Assembly: GCA_946611635.1 (NCBI GenBank)
Contig: CAMODW010000001.1
Span: forward strand, 10,829 to 74,828
DNA from: an uncultured Bacillota bacterium
GTDB lineage: Bacteria > Bacillota_I > Bacilli_A > RF39 > UBA660
Length of the DNA: 64,000 nt
Direction: 5' to 3'
Shown here: positions 53,849 through 63,575 of the stretch, piece by piece
Layout: each line of letters opens with the position of its first letter
How positions within the stretch are numbered: the first letter of the stretch is position 1
The notes under the pieces: generated by a model
Told to the model about the DNA's origin: nothing
What the model saw: the letters and a program-made list of their open reading frames with translations, nothing else
Databases searched by the model: none
Position numbers and translations under genes: made by a program

Positions 53849-55293
53849 AAGTTTTAATTTACAATGAATTGTATAAAATATTTCATAAAAAAATAACGAT
53901 TTTCTTTGCTTTATTTGTATTACTTCAATTTGTTTCTAGTGTTGTTTTTATTAAATTAAATAATTATTATATGGAGAATGCTGATAAGCAAAGAGTTAGT
54001 GCTTTGATTAATAAACATAATTCTTTAGGCGGAGATGCTAGCAAATATTTAGAACACTATATTATGGAAAGAAATGATATAGATACTTATGAGTTGTATA
54101 AGAACTATGGTAGATTATCTTGGCAAAGATATATAATCGATAATGATGCTAGTAAATATGTATCTTGTATGAATTTTGCTAAATTAAAGCATAATAATGA
54201 AGAAAATTATAATGATTGTAAGCAAAAGCTTGATGAGTTAATGTATAAAGTTAATAATTATACTTGGAAAGATTTTATATATGAGTATAAAGAAGATGCT
54301 ATTGAAAATTTAAAGAGTACTAAGGAATCATATGATATTGAAACTAATATAGACAATAAGAAGTATTTAGAATTATCTATGAAGTCTATTCAATATGAAA
54401 TAGATGGTTATAATTATCATCTTAATAATAATATTCCTATTGATTATACGGCTAATTCTATAATGATAGATGAGTATGTTTCTCTTGCGATAGAACATTT
54501 ATCAGTAGAGGAAAATGAAGATAAATACCGTGATTATAGTGATTTGTTACAAAAAAGAGAAGATGAAAATAGAATGTATTCTTCTAAATATAGGATAGAA
54601 AATAAATATGATGATATTACAAATAATACGGCGATTGGAGCTTTTATCAACTATACTTGTACTTCTGTTAGTATTGTTGTTTTGGTTTATATGATAGTTG
54701 TTGCTGGTAATTTAATAGCGGATGAATTTAGTAAAGGAACAATTAAGATGTTGCTTATAAGGCCTTATAAAAGAAATAAGATACTATTTAGTAAGTATAT
54801 AGCTTCTATTATTAGTACATTTTTATTCTTTTGCTTTTATTTATTTGTTGTATTTATGGCTTGTGGTATTGCATATGGATTCAGGAGTTATCTAACACCT
54901 GTAGTAATTTATGATTTTTCAGTTTCAAGTATTAAAGTTATGAATTTATTAAGTTTTGCATTTGTTAATTATATATCCTATATTCCGATGTTTTTAATAT
55001 TATTAACTCTAACAATTTTTTTGGGGGTATTTGTTCATAATGAAGCGATGACTGTTGGGGTTCCTTTAGTAGTATATGTTGTCTCTTTATTTTTAAATTA
55101 TGCTTCTAGTTCTAATTATATGAAGTATTTTCCAACTATATGTTGGAATTTAAGGGAATTTTTGTGGGGAGGATTGCCTACGTTTAAAGATTTAACTTTG
55201 GGTACTTCTATTATTGTTTGTATTTTTACAATTGTTATTATATTTTGGGGAAGTTTTTCTTTGTTTAAAAGAAAAGATATTAAGAATCAATAA
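53845..55293 (+). CDS. ABC-2-type permease with a ~230-aa insertion after TM1
   Basis: ATGA overlap with the ATPase gene. TM1 (ITIFFALFVLLQFVSSVVFI), a long soluble helical region, then five TM helices. Confidence 0.7.
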   Translation: MKVLIYNELYKIFHKKITIFFALFVLLQFVSSVVFIKLNNYYMENADKQRVSALINKHNSLGGDASKYLEHYIMERNDIDTYELYKNYGRLSWQRYIIDNDASKYVSCMNFAKLKHNNEENYNDCKQKLDELMYKVNNYTWKDFIYEYKEDAIENLKSTKESYDIETNIDNKKYLELSMKSIQYEIDGYNYHLNNNIPIDYTANSIMIDEYVSLAIEHLSVEENEDKYRDYSDLLQKREDENRMYSSKYRIENKYDDITNNTAIGAFINYTCTSVSIVVLVYMIVVAGNLIADEFSKGTIKMLLIRPYKRNKILFSKYIASIISTFLFFCFYLFVVFMACGIAYGFRSYLTPVVIYDFSVSSIKVMNLLSFAFVNYISYIPMFLILLTLTIFLGVFVHNEAMTVGVPLVVYVVSLFLNYASSSNYMKYFPTICWNLREFLWGGLPTFKDLTLGTSIIVCIFTIVIIFWGSFSLFKRKDIKNQ

Positions 55294-55320
55294 AAAAAGG
55301 ATTATATTAATCCTTTTTTA
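55293..55320. terminator. Bidirectional terminator between convergent genes
   Basis: aaggatta / taatcctt, flanked by an A7 run on the left and a T6 run on the right. Confidence 0.7.
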
Positions 55321-56086
55321 CTTTGTTAATAACATTTGAAACCATATCAGGATGACCTTTAAAGGCTTCTAATACCTCTATTGGAATAGCAAATATTATA
55401 GTATTTGATTGATCTGATGATAAATCGTTTAGTGTAGATAATGTTCTTAAGTGTAAAGCACCAGGGGTACTTCCCATGATTGTTGCTGCTTTAGCTAAGT
55501 TTTCGGCAGATTCAACTTCACCAACACTCTTCATTATTACAGCATTTTTTTCTCTTTCTGCTTCAGCAACTTTTGCAATAACTCTTTGCATTTCTTCAGG
55601 TAGAGAAACATCTTTTAGTTCTACATTCTCAATCTTAATGCCCCAAGGATCGGTAGCTTCATCTACAATGCTACAAATTTGATCACTTATTTTATCTCTT
55701 GATCCAAGTAATTCATCTAGAGTTACAGCACCAACGGCATTACGCATTGTAGTTTGGGCTAGTTGAGCGACTGCAAATTGAAAATTTTCAACGGCAATAA
55801 TTGCTTTTGAAGCGTCGAATATTTTGTAATATAATACTGCGTTTATTTTGATTGAAACGTTGTCAGCAGTTATTGCATCTTGAGCAGGAACGTCAACAGC
55901 TTTTGTTCTTATATCGACTTTTTTAAATGAATGAATTATTGGTAGTACTAGATTTAAGCCTGGATTCATAATTTTATCGAATCTACCGAATCTAAAGCGT
56001 ACGCCTCTTTCATACTCATTTATTTGTCTTAAAGATCCTATAATTATAAATGCTATTACAATGATAATTATAATTACAAGTGGCAT
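55307..56086 (-). CDS. SPFH/band-7 (stomatin/slipin-like) membrane protein
   Basis: N-terminal TM helix then QINEYERGVRFRFGRFDKIMNPGLNLVLPII..VDIRT ... DPWGIKIENVELKD. Confidence 0.85.
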   Translation of the reverse strand: MPLVIIIIIVIAFIIIGSLRQINEYERGVRFRFGRFDKIMNPGLNLVLPIIHSFKKVDIRTKAVDVPAQDAITADNVSIKINAVLYYKIFDASKAIIAVENFQFAVAQLAQTTMRNAVGAVTLDELLGSRDKISDQICSIVDEATDPWGIKIENVELKDVSLPEEMQRVIAKVAEAEREKNAVIMKSVGEVESAENLAKAATIMGSTPGALHLRTLSTLNDLSSDQSNTIIFAIPIEVLEAFKGHPDMVSNVINKVKKD

Positions 56087-56173
56087 ATTATTCTCCTTTC
56101 TATTGTAATTATATAATATTATTTTTCTTTTTCCAATGATTTTGATATAATATTTATGTGATAAGGTGATAGT

Positions 56174-57286
56174 ATGAAGAATAATAAATTATTTTTTACG
56201 ATTTTTGTAGTAGTTATTATTTTTCTGTCTTTCATTTTACCTTCTTTTAGTAAGAAAGGTTTAATTGCTAAAATAGGTAATAAGGAGAATATTACCATTG
56301 ATAGTTTTTTACTTAATAATAAGGGTATTAGTAAAGACGATTTGTTAAAATTAGATGATAATTATTATTCTATTATTAATGATGAATCTCATATTGTTAG
56401 TCTATCAAGTAATAAGATAATTAACTCTTTTGATATAGTAAAAGATAGTTCGAAGTTTCGTGACCTTGTTTTTAAAGAACTTAGAGTAAAGTATCCGTTA
56501 TTTATTGTAGAGGGTATTATTGGTAGCGATTATGATACTTTTAAGGTTGAACCAGATAATATTTATATATCTTTTAAGGGTGATAATTATATATATGATG
56601 TAACTTTGATTTGTAAAGATTATAAAGAATTAGTTAGTTATAATTGTGTTGACGATATTAGTGATGATTTAAATATTTTAGGACTTGATCCAAATAAAAA
56701 GACTGTTGCTTTATCTTTTGATGATGGACCTGGTATCTATACTGAAAGTGTAATTGATGAATTAAATAAATTTAATATGAAAGCTACATTTTTTGAATTA
56801 GGAAGTATGATGCAAAGATATCCTGATATAGTTAGAAAAGTAAAAGATAGCGGCTTTGAAATAGGATCTCATGGTTATAGTCATAAATCATTTGTAAAAC
56901 TGAAGTTAGATGGAACTATTGAAGAGTTGAATAAAACTAATGAAATATATAAAAATATAACAGGAGAAGATATAAAACTAGTAAGGCCTCCTTATGGAGC
57001 TATTAATAGTACTATTAAAGAGGGAATAAATACAGTTTTTGTTAGATGGAATGTCGATTCTTTAGATTGGAAGGTAAAAGATGAAAGGTATGTCGAGAAT
57101 ATTATGAGTGTTTTAAAGGATGGTGATATTATCCTTGCTCACGATATACATAAATCTACTTTAGATAACTTAAATACTCTGCTTACTAGATTATATAATG
57201 AAGGATTTCAAGTTGTTTCTATATCAGAATTAGCTTCTTTAAAAGGGGTAAATTTAGAAAATAATAATTTGTATTTTCATTTTTGA
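56174..57286 (+). CDS. Polysaccharide (peptidoglycan GlcNAc-type) deacetylase, NodB family, membrane-anchored
   Basis: N-terminal TM helix. NodB motifs TVALSFDDGP, GSHGYSH, LVRPPYG and ILAHD. Confidence 0.85.
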   Translation: MKNNKLFFTIFVVVIIFLSFILPSFSKKGLIAKIGNKENITIDSFLLNNKGISKDDLLKLDDNYYSIINDESHIVSLSSNKIINSFDIVKDSSKFRDLVFKELRVKYPLFIVEGIIGSDYDTFKVEPDNIYISFKGDNYIYDVTLICKDYKELVSYNCVDDISDDLNILGLDPNKKTVALSFDDGPGIYTESVIDELNKFNMKATFFELGSMMQRYPDIVRKVKDSGFEIGSHGYSHKSFVKLKLDGTIEELNKTNEIYKNITGEDIKLVRPPYGAINSTIKEGINTVFVRWNVDSLDWKVKDERYVENIMSVLKDGDIILAHDIHKSTLDNLNTLLTRLYNEGFQVVSISELASLKGVNLENNNLYFHF

Positions 57287-57319
57287 TTGATAAATACTAT
57301 TTAAAAGGGAGAATGTGTG

Positions 57320-58633
57320 ATGGCAAAATTTTTTAATGAACAAGATAATAATATGAATAATTCAACATATTTTGATTCTAATGAAGTAAATATGGAGGAT
57401 AATTCTTCTAACTTTGTTAGTGCTTCAGGGCCTTTAGAAGATAATAATGAAGTATTGGATGAGGGGTTTGCTGGTTCAGAAGTTAATGATTTTGCTCCAG
57501 GTGAGGAGATAATAACTAATAATGATTTTTATCAAGGGCAAGGAGCTCTTTCTAATGAAGAGTCTTATAATATGAATTCTTTTAATAGTAATCAAGAAGA
57601 TACTAATTTTGTAGAAACTCTTGAAGAAGGACAGGGTAATTCTTCAAATTATGAACAATATGAAGAAAACAACAATAATCAAACTTATGGTGCTTTTCCG
57701 AATCCTTATCCAACAACAGAAGAGTTTTCGCAAAGTCAGGTGGAGCAAAATGAAGAGTTTGTTGTTTCAAATAATGATTCGAATATAGCTGAAGAAAATA
57801 ATGAGGTGTTGGAAGAACAAGACTTATCGAATATTGAAGATAGTACGGCTTTTTCTAATGTTGAAACAACTTTTGTAGAAGATACTACTTATAAAGGTGT
57901 AGATAATACTGGTAAAGTAGGAGAAGAAATACAAAATCCGGTTTATGATGCGTCTTTTGAAAAGAATGATGTTAATGTATCAGGTAATTTTTTGGCGGTA
58001 TTACTTGTTTTAATAGAAGTTTTGCTTTCTCCTGGTAAAAGTGTAATAAGAAATACTGAAAAGTATGTAAAGGGGAAAAGGGTATTTAAAGTTGCTTTAA
58101 CTGTATTTATTTATGAATTTATATTTTCTATGATAGGACATATTATTGGTGGTTGTTTCGTTGATAGAATGTCTTATGGTGAATATAAGAAGGTTTTAGA
58201 TTTTGCTAATATTACGCAATTAAATTATGTTAATATACTTATTAATACGGCAATTGTTACTTTAGGTTTTGTTTTTATTATAGCAATAATAAATTATGCT
58301 TCTTCATTTTTTAGTAATAAAGGTTTATCTTTTGGATCTTATTTATTAATTGCAGTATTATCTTTTTTTCCGGTTGTCTTAGCTATTAATGCGTTTGTTC
58401 CTATATTAAATGTTATGTCTATTTATTTATCTTTAGGTTTAGTTATTGCTTTTAGCTTTTATTCTTTGCTTATATATATTAATGCTTTATGGGGGATTAT
58501 GGAATTTAAAGGAGATAATGCTAAAGTTATTTATTTATTTATTAATTTTGTTTTAATTACAATTATTTTGGTAATAGTTTTATTAGTTTTCTTTGATGAT
58601 TATGTAAATTCAATTAGGATAATATTTAAATGA
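57320..58633 (+). CDS. Polytopic membrane protein with a ~225-aa acidic N/E/S-rich N-terminal region
   Basis: Low-complexity N-terminal half (NEQDNNMNNSTYFDSNE...), then about five TM helices. A Yip1-like topology is possible. Confidence 0.5.
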   Translation: MAKFFNEQDNNMNNSTYFDSNEVNMEDNSSNFVSASGPLEDNNEVLDEGFAGSEVNDFAPGEEIITNNDFYQGQGALSNEESYNMNSFNSNQEDTNFVETLEEGQGNSSNYEQYEENNNNQTYGAFPNPYPTTEEFSQSQVEQNEEFVVSNNDSNIAEENNEVLEEQDLSNIEDSTAFSNVETTFVEDTTYKGVDNTGKVGEEIQNPVYDASFEKNDVNVSGNFLAVLLVLIEVLLSPGKSVIRNTEKYVKGKRVFKVALTVFIYEFIFSMIGHIIGGCFVDRMSYGEYKKVLDFANITQLNYVNILINTAIVTLGFVFIIAIINYASSFFSNKGLSFGSYLLIAVLSFFPVVLAINAFVPILNVMSIYLSLGLVIAFSFYSLLIYINALWGIMEFKGDNAKVIYLFINFVLITIILVIVLLVFFDDYVNSIRIIFK

Positions 58634-58655
58634 AATATTATCCTTTTTATTTCAT

Positions 58656-58686
58656 AAAAAAAAGCTCTTTTGAGCTTTAATTTCTA
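58656..58686. terminator. Bidirectional hairpin terminator (strong for the minus-strand tRNA-Ser)
   Basis: aaagctc / gagcttt, loop tttt. The A8 run on the + side gives a T8 tract on the minus strand. Confidence 0.55.
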
Positions 58687-58688
58687 CA

Positions 58689-58779
58689 TGGCGGAGCAGG
58701 AGAGATTTGAACTCTCGCGCCAGTTACCCGACCTACACCCTTAGCAGGGGCGCCTCTTCAACCACTTGAGTACTGCTCC
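58689..58779 (-). tRNA. tRNA-Ser (GCU)
   Basis: The reverse complement is ggagcagtactcaagtggttgaagaggcgcccctGCTaagggtg...gagttcaaatctctcctgctccgcca. Class II tRNA with a long variable arm and encoded CCA. Confidence 0.9.
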
Positions 58780-58828
58780 ATAACCAAGGTAACAATGAAA
58801 TTATATCGAAAAAATCTATTATTGTCAA

Positions 58829-59110
58829 CTAGTCGTTTTTGCTTTCTTTTTTATTTTTAGCATGTTTCATCATATTAATTTCTTTCTTTTTTAAGTTATA
58901 AGACATGTATATACAATATATACCAAATATAATTAGTATTGCTGCTAAGAAATAGAAAAATATACCATCTTTAAATATTAAAGTTGTAACGATTATAAAT
59001 ACTGCACATAGTAAACATAGTATACCATCTATTAGAAGTTTGTTTAGTGTTGGATATATTCTGTTTCCTCTTTTTGTATTTTTAAAAGCTTTTACATCAT
59101 CTTTTTTCAT
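58829..59110 (-). CDS. Small 2-TM membrane protein (93 aa)
   Basis: GGTGAT SD 4 nt before the ATG (MKKDDVKAF...). Two hydrophobic helices and a K-rich C-terminus. Confidence 0.55.
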   Translation of the reverse strand: MKKDDVKAFKNTKRGNRIYPTLNKLLIDGILCLLCAVFIIVTTLIFKDGIFFYFLAAILIIFGIYCIYMSYNLKKKEINMMKHAKNKKESKND

Positions 59111-59131
59111 TATTATCACCACTTGTTTATA

Positions 59132-59160
59132 TTATATTATGTTTTAGCTATAGATTCAAA
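59132..59160 (-). promoter_or_regulatory. Sigma-A promoter for the small membrane-protein gene
   Basis: On the minus strand: TTGAAT (59160-59155), 17-nt spacer, TATAAT (59137-59132). Confidence 0.5.
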
Positions 59161-59161
59161 T

Positions 59162-59186
59162 AAAAAAACTCCGTTGGAGTTTTAAT
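59162..59186 (-). terminator. Rho-independent terminator after tRNA-Lys
   Basis: aaactcc / ggagttt, loop gtt. The minus strand reads the stem followed by a T7 run. Confidence 0.65.
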
Positions 59187-59194
59187 TAATAAAC

Positions 59195-59270
59195 TGGTGT
59201 CCTCTTGGGGGCTCGAACCCCAGACCCACTGATTAAGAGTCAGTTGCTCTACCAACTGAGCTAAGAAGAC
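59195..59270 (-). tRNA. tRNA-Lys (CUU)
   Basis: The reverse complement is gtcttcttagctcagttggtagagcaactgactCTTaatcagtgggtctggggttcgagcccccaagaggacacca. Confidence 0.9.
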
Positions 59271-59325
59271 ATTTGTCAGTTCGTTTATAATTATACAACA
59301 TTATTTTTAAATAATCTACTTTTTT

Positions 59326-59361
59326 TTCAAAAGAATTAGCAAAAAATGTAATTCTTTTGAA
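59326..59361. other. 12-bp inverted repeat in the divergent tRNA promoter region
   Basis: ttcaaaagaatt (59326-59337) / aattcttttgaa (59350-59361), 12-nt loop. Neither strand has a 3' T-tract. Confidence 0.5.
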
Positions 59362-59440
59362 TTAACATGAATTTTTTGTTGATTTTTTTGAATTGTTATT
59401 ATATACTTAACTAGTCAGCGAGATTTAATGACGGAAATAC

Positions 59441-59469
59441 TTGCAAAAAAGTAAAAAGTAGGTTATTAT
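59441..59469 (+). promoter_or_regulatory. Sigma-A promoter for tRNA-Ile and tRNA-Glu
   Basis: TTGCAA (59441-59446), 17-nt spacer, TATTAT (59464-59469). About 19 nt to the tRNA 5' end. Confidence 0.6.
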
Positions 59470-59487
59470 ATTTATGGCTTAAGAAAT

Positions 59488-59564
<77 letters not shown>

Positions 59565-59569
59565 TTTAT

Positions 59570-59645
59570 GGCCCGTTGGTGAAGTGGTTAACACATATGC
59601 CTTTCACGCATACATTCATGGGTTCAAATCCCGTACGGGTCACCA
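59570..59645 (+). tRNA. tRNA-Glu (UUC)
   Basis: ggcccgttggtgaagtggttaacacatatgcctTTCacgcata...gggttcaaatcccgtacgggtcacca. Confidence 0.88.
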
Positions 59646-59656
59646 AGTTGACTTTT

Positions 59657-59680
59657 AAACTCGATTAATTCGAGTTTTTT
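59657..59680 (+). terminator. Rho-independent terminator after the tRNA pair
   Basis: aaactcga / tcgagttt, loop ttaat, T run. Confidence 0.7.
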
Positions 59681-59718
59681 AATTTTCTAAAAAAGTAATA
59701 TATTTTTAATTATTATTG

Positions 59719-59727
59719 TGGTATTAT
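59719..59727 (+). promoter_or_regulatory. Extended -10 element (TGgTATTAT) upstream of pflB
   Basis: The TGTGGTATTAT 11-mer lies 24 nt upstream of ATG 59751. Confidence 0.45.
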
Positions 59728-59750
59728 TATAAAGATGGGAGAGTGGAAAA

Positions 59751-61982
59751 ATGAAAAAAGAATGGGATGGCTTTAAAGCTGGAAATTGGACAAATGAAAT
59801 CAATGTTAGAGATTTTATTCAATTAAACTATTCTAAATATGATGGGGATGAAAGTTTTTTAGAAAAAAAATCCTCAAAAACTGATAAAGTTTGGAGTAAA
59901 TGTGAAAAACTATTAAAAGAAGAACTTAAAAAACATGTTTTAGACATTGATGTTGATCATATGTCTGGAATTAATGCATTTAAAGCTGGTTATATCGATA
60001 AGGATAATGAAGTTATTGTTGGATTACAAACTGATGAACCATTAAAGAGAATTGTTAATCCGTATGGTGGAATTAGAATGGTTTATCAAGAGTTAGATGC
60101 TTATGGTTATAAGCTTAATCCAACAGTAGATAAATATTTTAATGAATTTAGAAAAACTCATAATCAAGGAGTATTTGACGCTTATACTAAAGAGATTAGA
60201 CAAGCTCGCCATGTAGGTTTATTAACGGGATTACCTGATGCTTATGGTAGAGGACGTATTATTGGAGATTATAGACGTGTTGCTTTATATGGTACTAGTT
60301 ATTTAATGGAACAAAAACAAAATGAATGGAATAATATGGTTATTGATGAAATGACAGAAGATGTTATTCGCTTGCGTGAAGAATTATCTATGCAATATAA
60401 AGCTTTAGATGATACTACTAAAATGGCTTTGAAATATGGTTTTGATATATCTAAACCAGCAAAGAATGCTAGGGAAGCTATTCAATGGACATATATGGCT
60501 TATTTAGCAGCTATGAAGGAAAATAATGGTGCTGCTGAAAGTATTGGTAGAATTGATGCTTTCTTTGATATTTATATAGAAAGAGATTTGAAAAATGGTG
60601 TTATAAATGAAGAAGAGGCTCAAGAATTAATCGATCAATTTGTTATTAAATTAAGATTAATTAGGCATTTAAGAACTCCTGAATATGACGAATTGTTCTC
60701 TGGAGATCCAACTTGGGTGACATGTTCAATTGGTGGTATAAGTAATGATGGCAAGAGTATGGTTAATAAAACTAGTTATAGAATCTTACATACTCTTACT
60801 AATTTAGATCCTGCACCTGAACCAAATATGACTGTTTTATGGGCTCAAGAATTACCTTTAAATTGGAAAAAGTATTGTGCTAAAATGAGTATTAAAACAG
60901 ATGCTATTCAATATGAAAATGATGATTTAATGAGACCATCTATGGGGGATGATTATGCTATTGCTTGTTGCGTTTCAGCAATGAGAGTAGGAAAGGATAT
61001 GCAATTTTTTGGAGCACGTTGTAATTTAGCTAAGTCTTTACTTTATTCTATAAATGGGGGAATCGATGAAGTTAAGAGAGAACTTGTTATTCCAGGATTT
61101 GAAAAAATGACTGATGAGTATCTTGATTATGATAAGGTAAAAAAGAGTTATTGGCGTATGCTTGAAGAGGTTGCAAAAATATATAATGATGCAATGAATA
61201 TTATTCATTATATGCATGATAAATATGCTTATGAAGCTATTCAAATGGCTTTACACGACACAAATGTTAATCGCTTAATGGCTTATGGTGTTGCTGGTTT
61301 ATCTGTTGCTGCTGATTCTTTATCAGCTATTAAATACGCTAAAGTTAAACCTATACGTGATGAAGATGGTATTACTGTTGATTTTGAAATTGAAGGGGAC
61401 TTTCCAAAATATGGAAATGATGATGATAGAGTTGACAGTATTGCTAAGGAAATATTGGAAAAAATTCATTCTGAACTTGAAAAACATCCTTGTTATAGAG
61501 ATGCTAAAACAACGTTATCAGTTTTAACTATAACATCTAATGTTGTATACGGTTCTAAAACTGGTTCTACTCCAGATGGTAGAAAAGCAGGTGTTCCATT
61601 TGCTCCAGGAGCTAATCCTATGCATGGTAGAGATTCTAGTGGGGCAATAGCTTCTTTGAATTCTGTTGCAAAATTAGATTGGAATACTTGTTGCCGTGAT
61701 GGTATCTCTAATACTTTTTCAATAGTACCTACTGCTTTAGGCAATGATGAAAAGAGCAGAGTAGATAATTTAGTTACTTTAATGGATGGTTATTTTGTTC
61801 AAGGAGCTCATCATTTAAATGTAAATGTTTTAAATAGAGAAACTCTAATTGATGCTATGAATAATCCTGAAAAATATCCTTTACTTACTATAAGAGTTTC
61901 GGGATATTCTGTTAGATTTAATAGACTTACAAGAAAACAACAAGAAGAAGTAATTTCTAGAACTTTCCATGAGAGTATGTAA
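59751..61982 (+). CDS. pflB: Formate C-acetyltransferase (pyruvate formate-lyase)
   Basis: Active-site Cys pair IACCVSAM and the glycyl-radical motif [14 protein letters not shown] near the C-terminus. 743 aa. Confidence 0.95.
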   Translation: MKKEWDGFKAGNWTNEINVRDFIQLNYSKYDGDESFLEKKSSKTDKVWSKCEKLLKEELKKHVLDIDVDHMSGINAFKAGYIDKDNEVIVGLQTDEPLKRIVNPYGGIRMVYQELDAYGYKLNPTVDKYFNEFRKTHNQGVFDAYTKEIRQARHVGLLTGLPDAYGRGRIIGDYRRVALYGTSYLMEQKQNEWNNMVIDEMTEDVIRLREELSMQYKALDDTTKMALKYGFDISKPAKNAREAIQWTYMAYLAAMKENNGAAESIGRIDAFFDIYIERDLKNGVINEEEAQELIDQFVIKLRLIRHLRTPEYDELFSGDPTWVTCSIGGISNDGKSMVNKTSYRILHTLTNLDPAPEPNMTVLWAQELPLNWKKYCAKMSIKTDAIQYENDDLMRPSMGDDYAIACCVSAMRVGKDMQFFGARCNLAKSLLYSINGGIDEVKRELVIPGFEKMTDEYLDYDKVKKSYWRMLEEVAKIYNDAMNIIHYMHDKYAYEAIQMALHDTNVNRLMAYGVAGLSVAADSLSAIKYAKVKPIRDEDGITVDFEIEGDFPKYGNDDDRVDSIAKEILEKIHSELEKHPCYRDAKTTLSVLTITSNVVYGSKTGSTPDGRKAGVPFAPGANPMHGRDSSGAIASLNSVAKLDWNTCCRDGISNTFSIVPTALGNDEKSRVDNLVTLMDGYFVQGAHHLNVNVLNRETLIDAMNNPEKYPLLTIRVSGYSVRFNRLTRKQQEEVISRTFHESM

Positions 61983-62707
61983 TGGTTAAAGGTTCTATAG
62001 ATTCTATTGAAACTTTTGGATTGGTCGATGGTCCTGGTATAAGGACCGTCGTTTTCCTTAATGGTTGTAATTTAAGATGCAAGTTTTGCCATAATCCAGA
62101 AATGTGGAATAAGCGAGAACTTAATTATGGTTCAATAGATATTGTAAAAAAAGTTTTAAGAAGTAAGCCCTATTTTAAAAATGGTGGGGGTGTTACTTTT
62201 TCAGGGGGAGAACCTTTATTACATATAGATTTTTTATTAGAAACTTGTAAGGAATTAAAAAAGGAAGGAATACATATTGCTCTTGATACTGCTGGTGTTG
62301 GCTTGGGAAATTATAATGAGTTATTAAAATATGTAGACTTAGTAATTTTAGATGTAAAAGCTATAAATGATGAAATGTATTTTAGTATTACTGGTCATAA
62401 ATCATTAGAAGATGTCTCAGAGTTTATAAAACAACTTAATAATAGTGGCAATGATGTATGGGTAAGGCAAGTTATTATTCCTGATATTAATGATAATTTA
62501 GAATATATGGATGGTTTAGCATCTTATATAAAAGATAATATAAAGAACGTTAAAAAGGTTGAGTTTTTACCTTTTCATAGATTAGGAAGGGAAAAATATA
62601 TTAAACTTGGTATTCCTTATCCTTATGAGGATAAAGATGATATGAATAAGAATAAATGTGATTCTTTATATGAATATTTTCAAAAAAAATATACTAGTTT
62701 AGACTAG
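61982..62707 (+). CDS. pflA: Pyruvate formate-lyase activating enzyme (radical SAM)
   Basis: SIETFGLVDGPGIRTVVFLNGCNLRCKFCHNPE (CxxxCxxC) and GGVTFSGGEPLL. The start overlaps the pflB stop by 1 nt. Confidence 0.92.
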   Translation: MVKGSIDSIETFGLVDGPGIRTVVFLNGCNLRCKFCHNPEMWNKRELNYGSIDIVKKVLRSKPYFKNGGGVTFSGGEPLLHIDFLLETCKELKKEGIHIALDTAGVGLGNYNELLKYVDLVILDVKAINDEMYFSITGHKSLEDVSEFIKQLNNSGNDVWVRQVIIPDINDNLEYMDGLASYIKDNIKNVKKVEFLPFHRLGREKYIKLGIPYPYEDKDDMNKNKCDSLYEYFQKKYTSLD

Positions 62708-62714
62708 TATATTT

Positions 62715-63575
62715 TTAGTTTAAAGTGTTGTTTGATAAATCTGTTAAGAATTTATTCATAATAGTAATATAATTTTCTTTATTATTTCTTTCTTCTTCTG
62801 TTAATGTATTCATTGTTTCTACTTCTATTAATTTAGCTTTATAATTATCAGCCAAGTCTTTTACTTCATCCATTACTGGTGAGTTCGCTCTAACATATAT
62901 CGTATTATATGTACCGTTTTTAAACTTTTCTTTAATTGAATTTGTTATATTATTTTTATCTGAGATGTTTATGATGTTAAATCCATAGTCTTGTAGAAAA
63001 CCAAAAGCATTATCTGCAATTACTAATGTTTTTTTAGAAGCTTCTGTATTATCAGCTATGGCTTTTAAATTAGCATCTAATATAGATAGATCTTCTTCAA
63101 TTTTTTTATAGTTTTCGTTTATTTCGTTTGTTAAATATTTGTTATTAGTTATTTCGATTAAATCATTTTTTATTGTGTTACATAGCATTAAATAATTACT
63201 TGGGCTTAACCATAATTCCTCAATGCTATTTGTATATTTTAATCCGTAAGATACATCTATAATTTGAATTTTTTTGTTTTTATTAGTTATTTTTCTAGCT
63301 ATTTCTTTTTCTTCAGTTAGACCATTGTAAATGAATAAATTTGTTGATTTTGATATTTCATCTATTTGTTTATTAGTTAATTTATAATTGTTTGTATCAA
63401 TTCCGTTTGGATATATTGAAGTAATCTCTTGTTTAGTATATAAATTGTTAACTATATATTCGATTGGATATACTGTCGTAGTAATTTTTGTTCCTTTTGT
63501 ATTTGTATTTTCGAAACATCCTCCTAAAGGTATTGTCATAAATACTAATAACAAAATGTATAATAATTTTTTCAT
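62715..63575 (-). CDS. ZnuA/TroA-fold (cluster A-I) substrate-binding lipoprotein, orphan, with atypical metal-ligand positions
   Basis: Lipobox IPLGGC. The fold-level pattern VYPIEYIV...IYPNGIDTNNYKLT...LFIYNGL.EE...LWLSP.N...ADNAFGFLQDYGF matches ZnuA-like SBPs. No ABC partner genes lie next to it. Confidence 0.6.
   Translation of the reverse strand: MKKLLYILLLVFMTIPLGGCFENTNTKGTKITTTVYPIEYIVNNLYTKQEITSIYPNGIDTNNYKLTNKQIDEISKSTNLFIYNGLTEEKEIARKITNKNKKIQIIDVSYGLKYTNSIEELWLSPSNYLMLCNTIKNDLIEITNNKYLTNEINENYKKIEEDLSILDANLKAIADNTEASKKTLVIADNAFGFLQDYGFNIINISDKNNITNSIKEKFKNGTYNTIYVRANSPVMDEVKDLADNYKAKLIEVETMNTLTEEERNNKENYITIMNKFLTDLSNNTLN

Noticed and set aside
55476-55682. Plus-strand ORF 55476-55682, inside the SPFH gene region.
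   Set aside because: It is antisense to a strongly supported minus-strand SPFH/band-7 gene. Its Ala/Ser/Thr-rich sequence mirrors that gene's codons.
55307-56086. SPFH gene lacking an adjacent NfeD partner, considered as a finding.
   Set aside because: Many bacterial SPFH/stomatin genes occur without NfeD, and the partner may lie elsewhere. It is not informative on its own.
61038-61744. ORFs 61038-61244 (-), 61285-61527 (+, alternative frame) and 61493-61744 (-), within pflB.
   Set aside because: pflB is unambiguous (Cys-Cys site and glycyl-radical motif). These are off-frame or antisense shadows.
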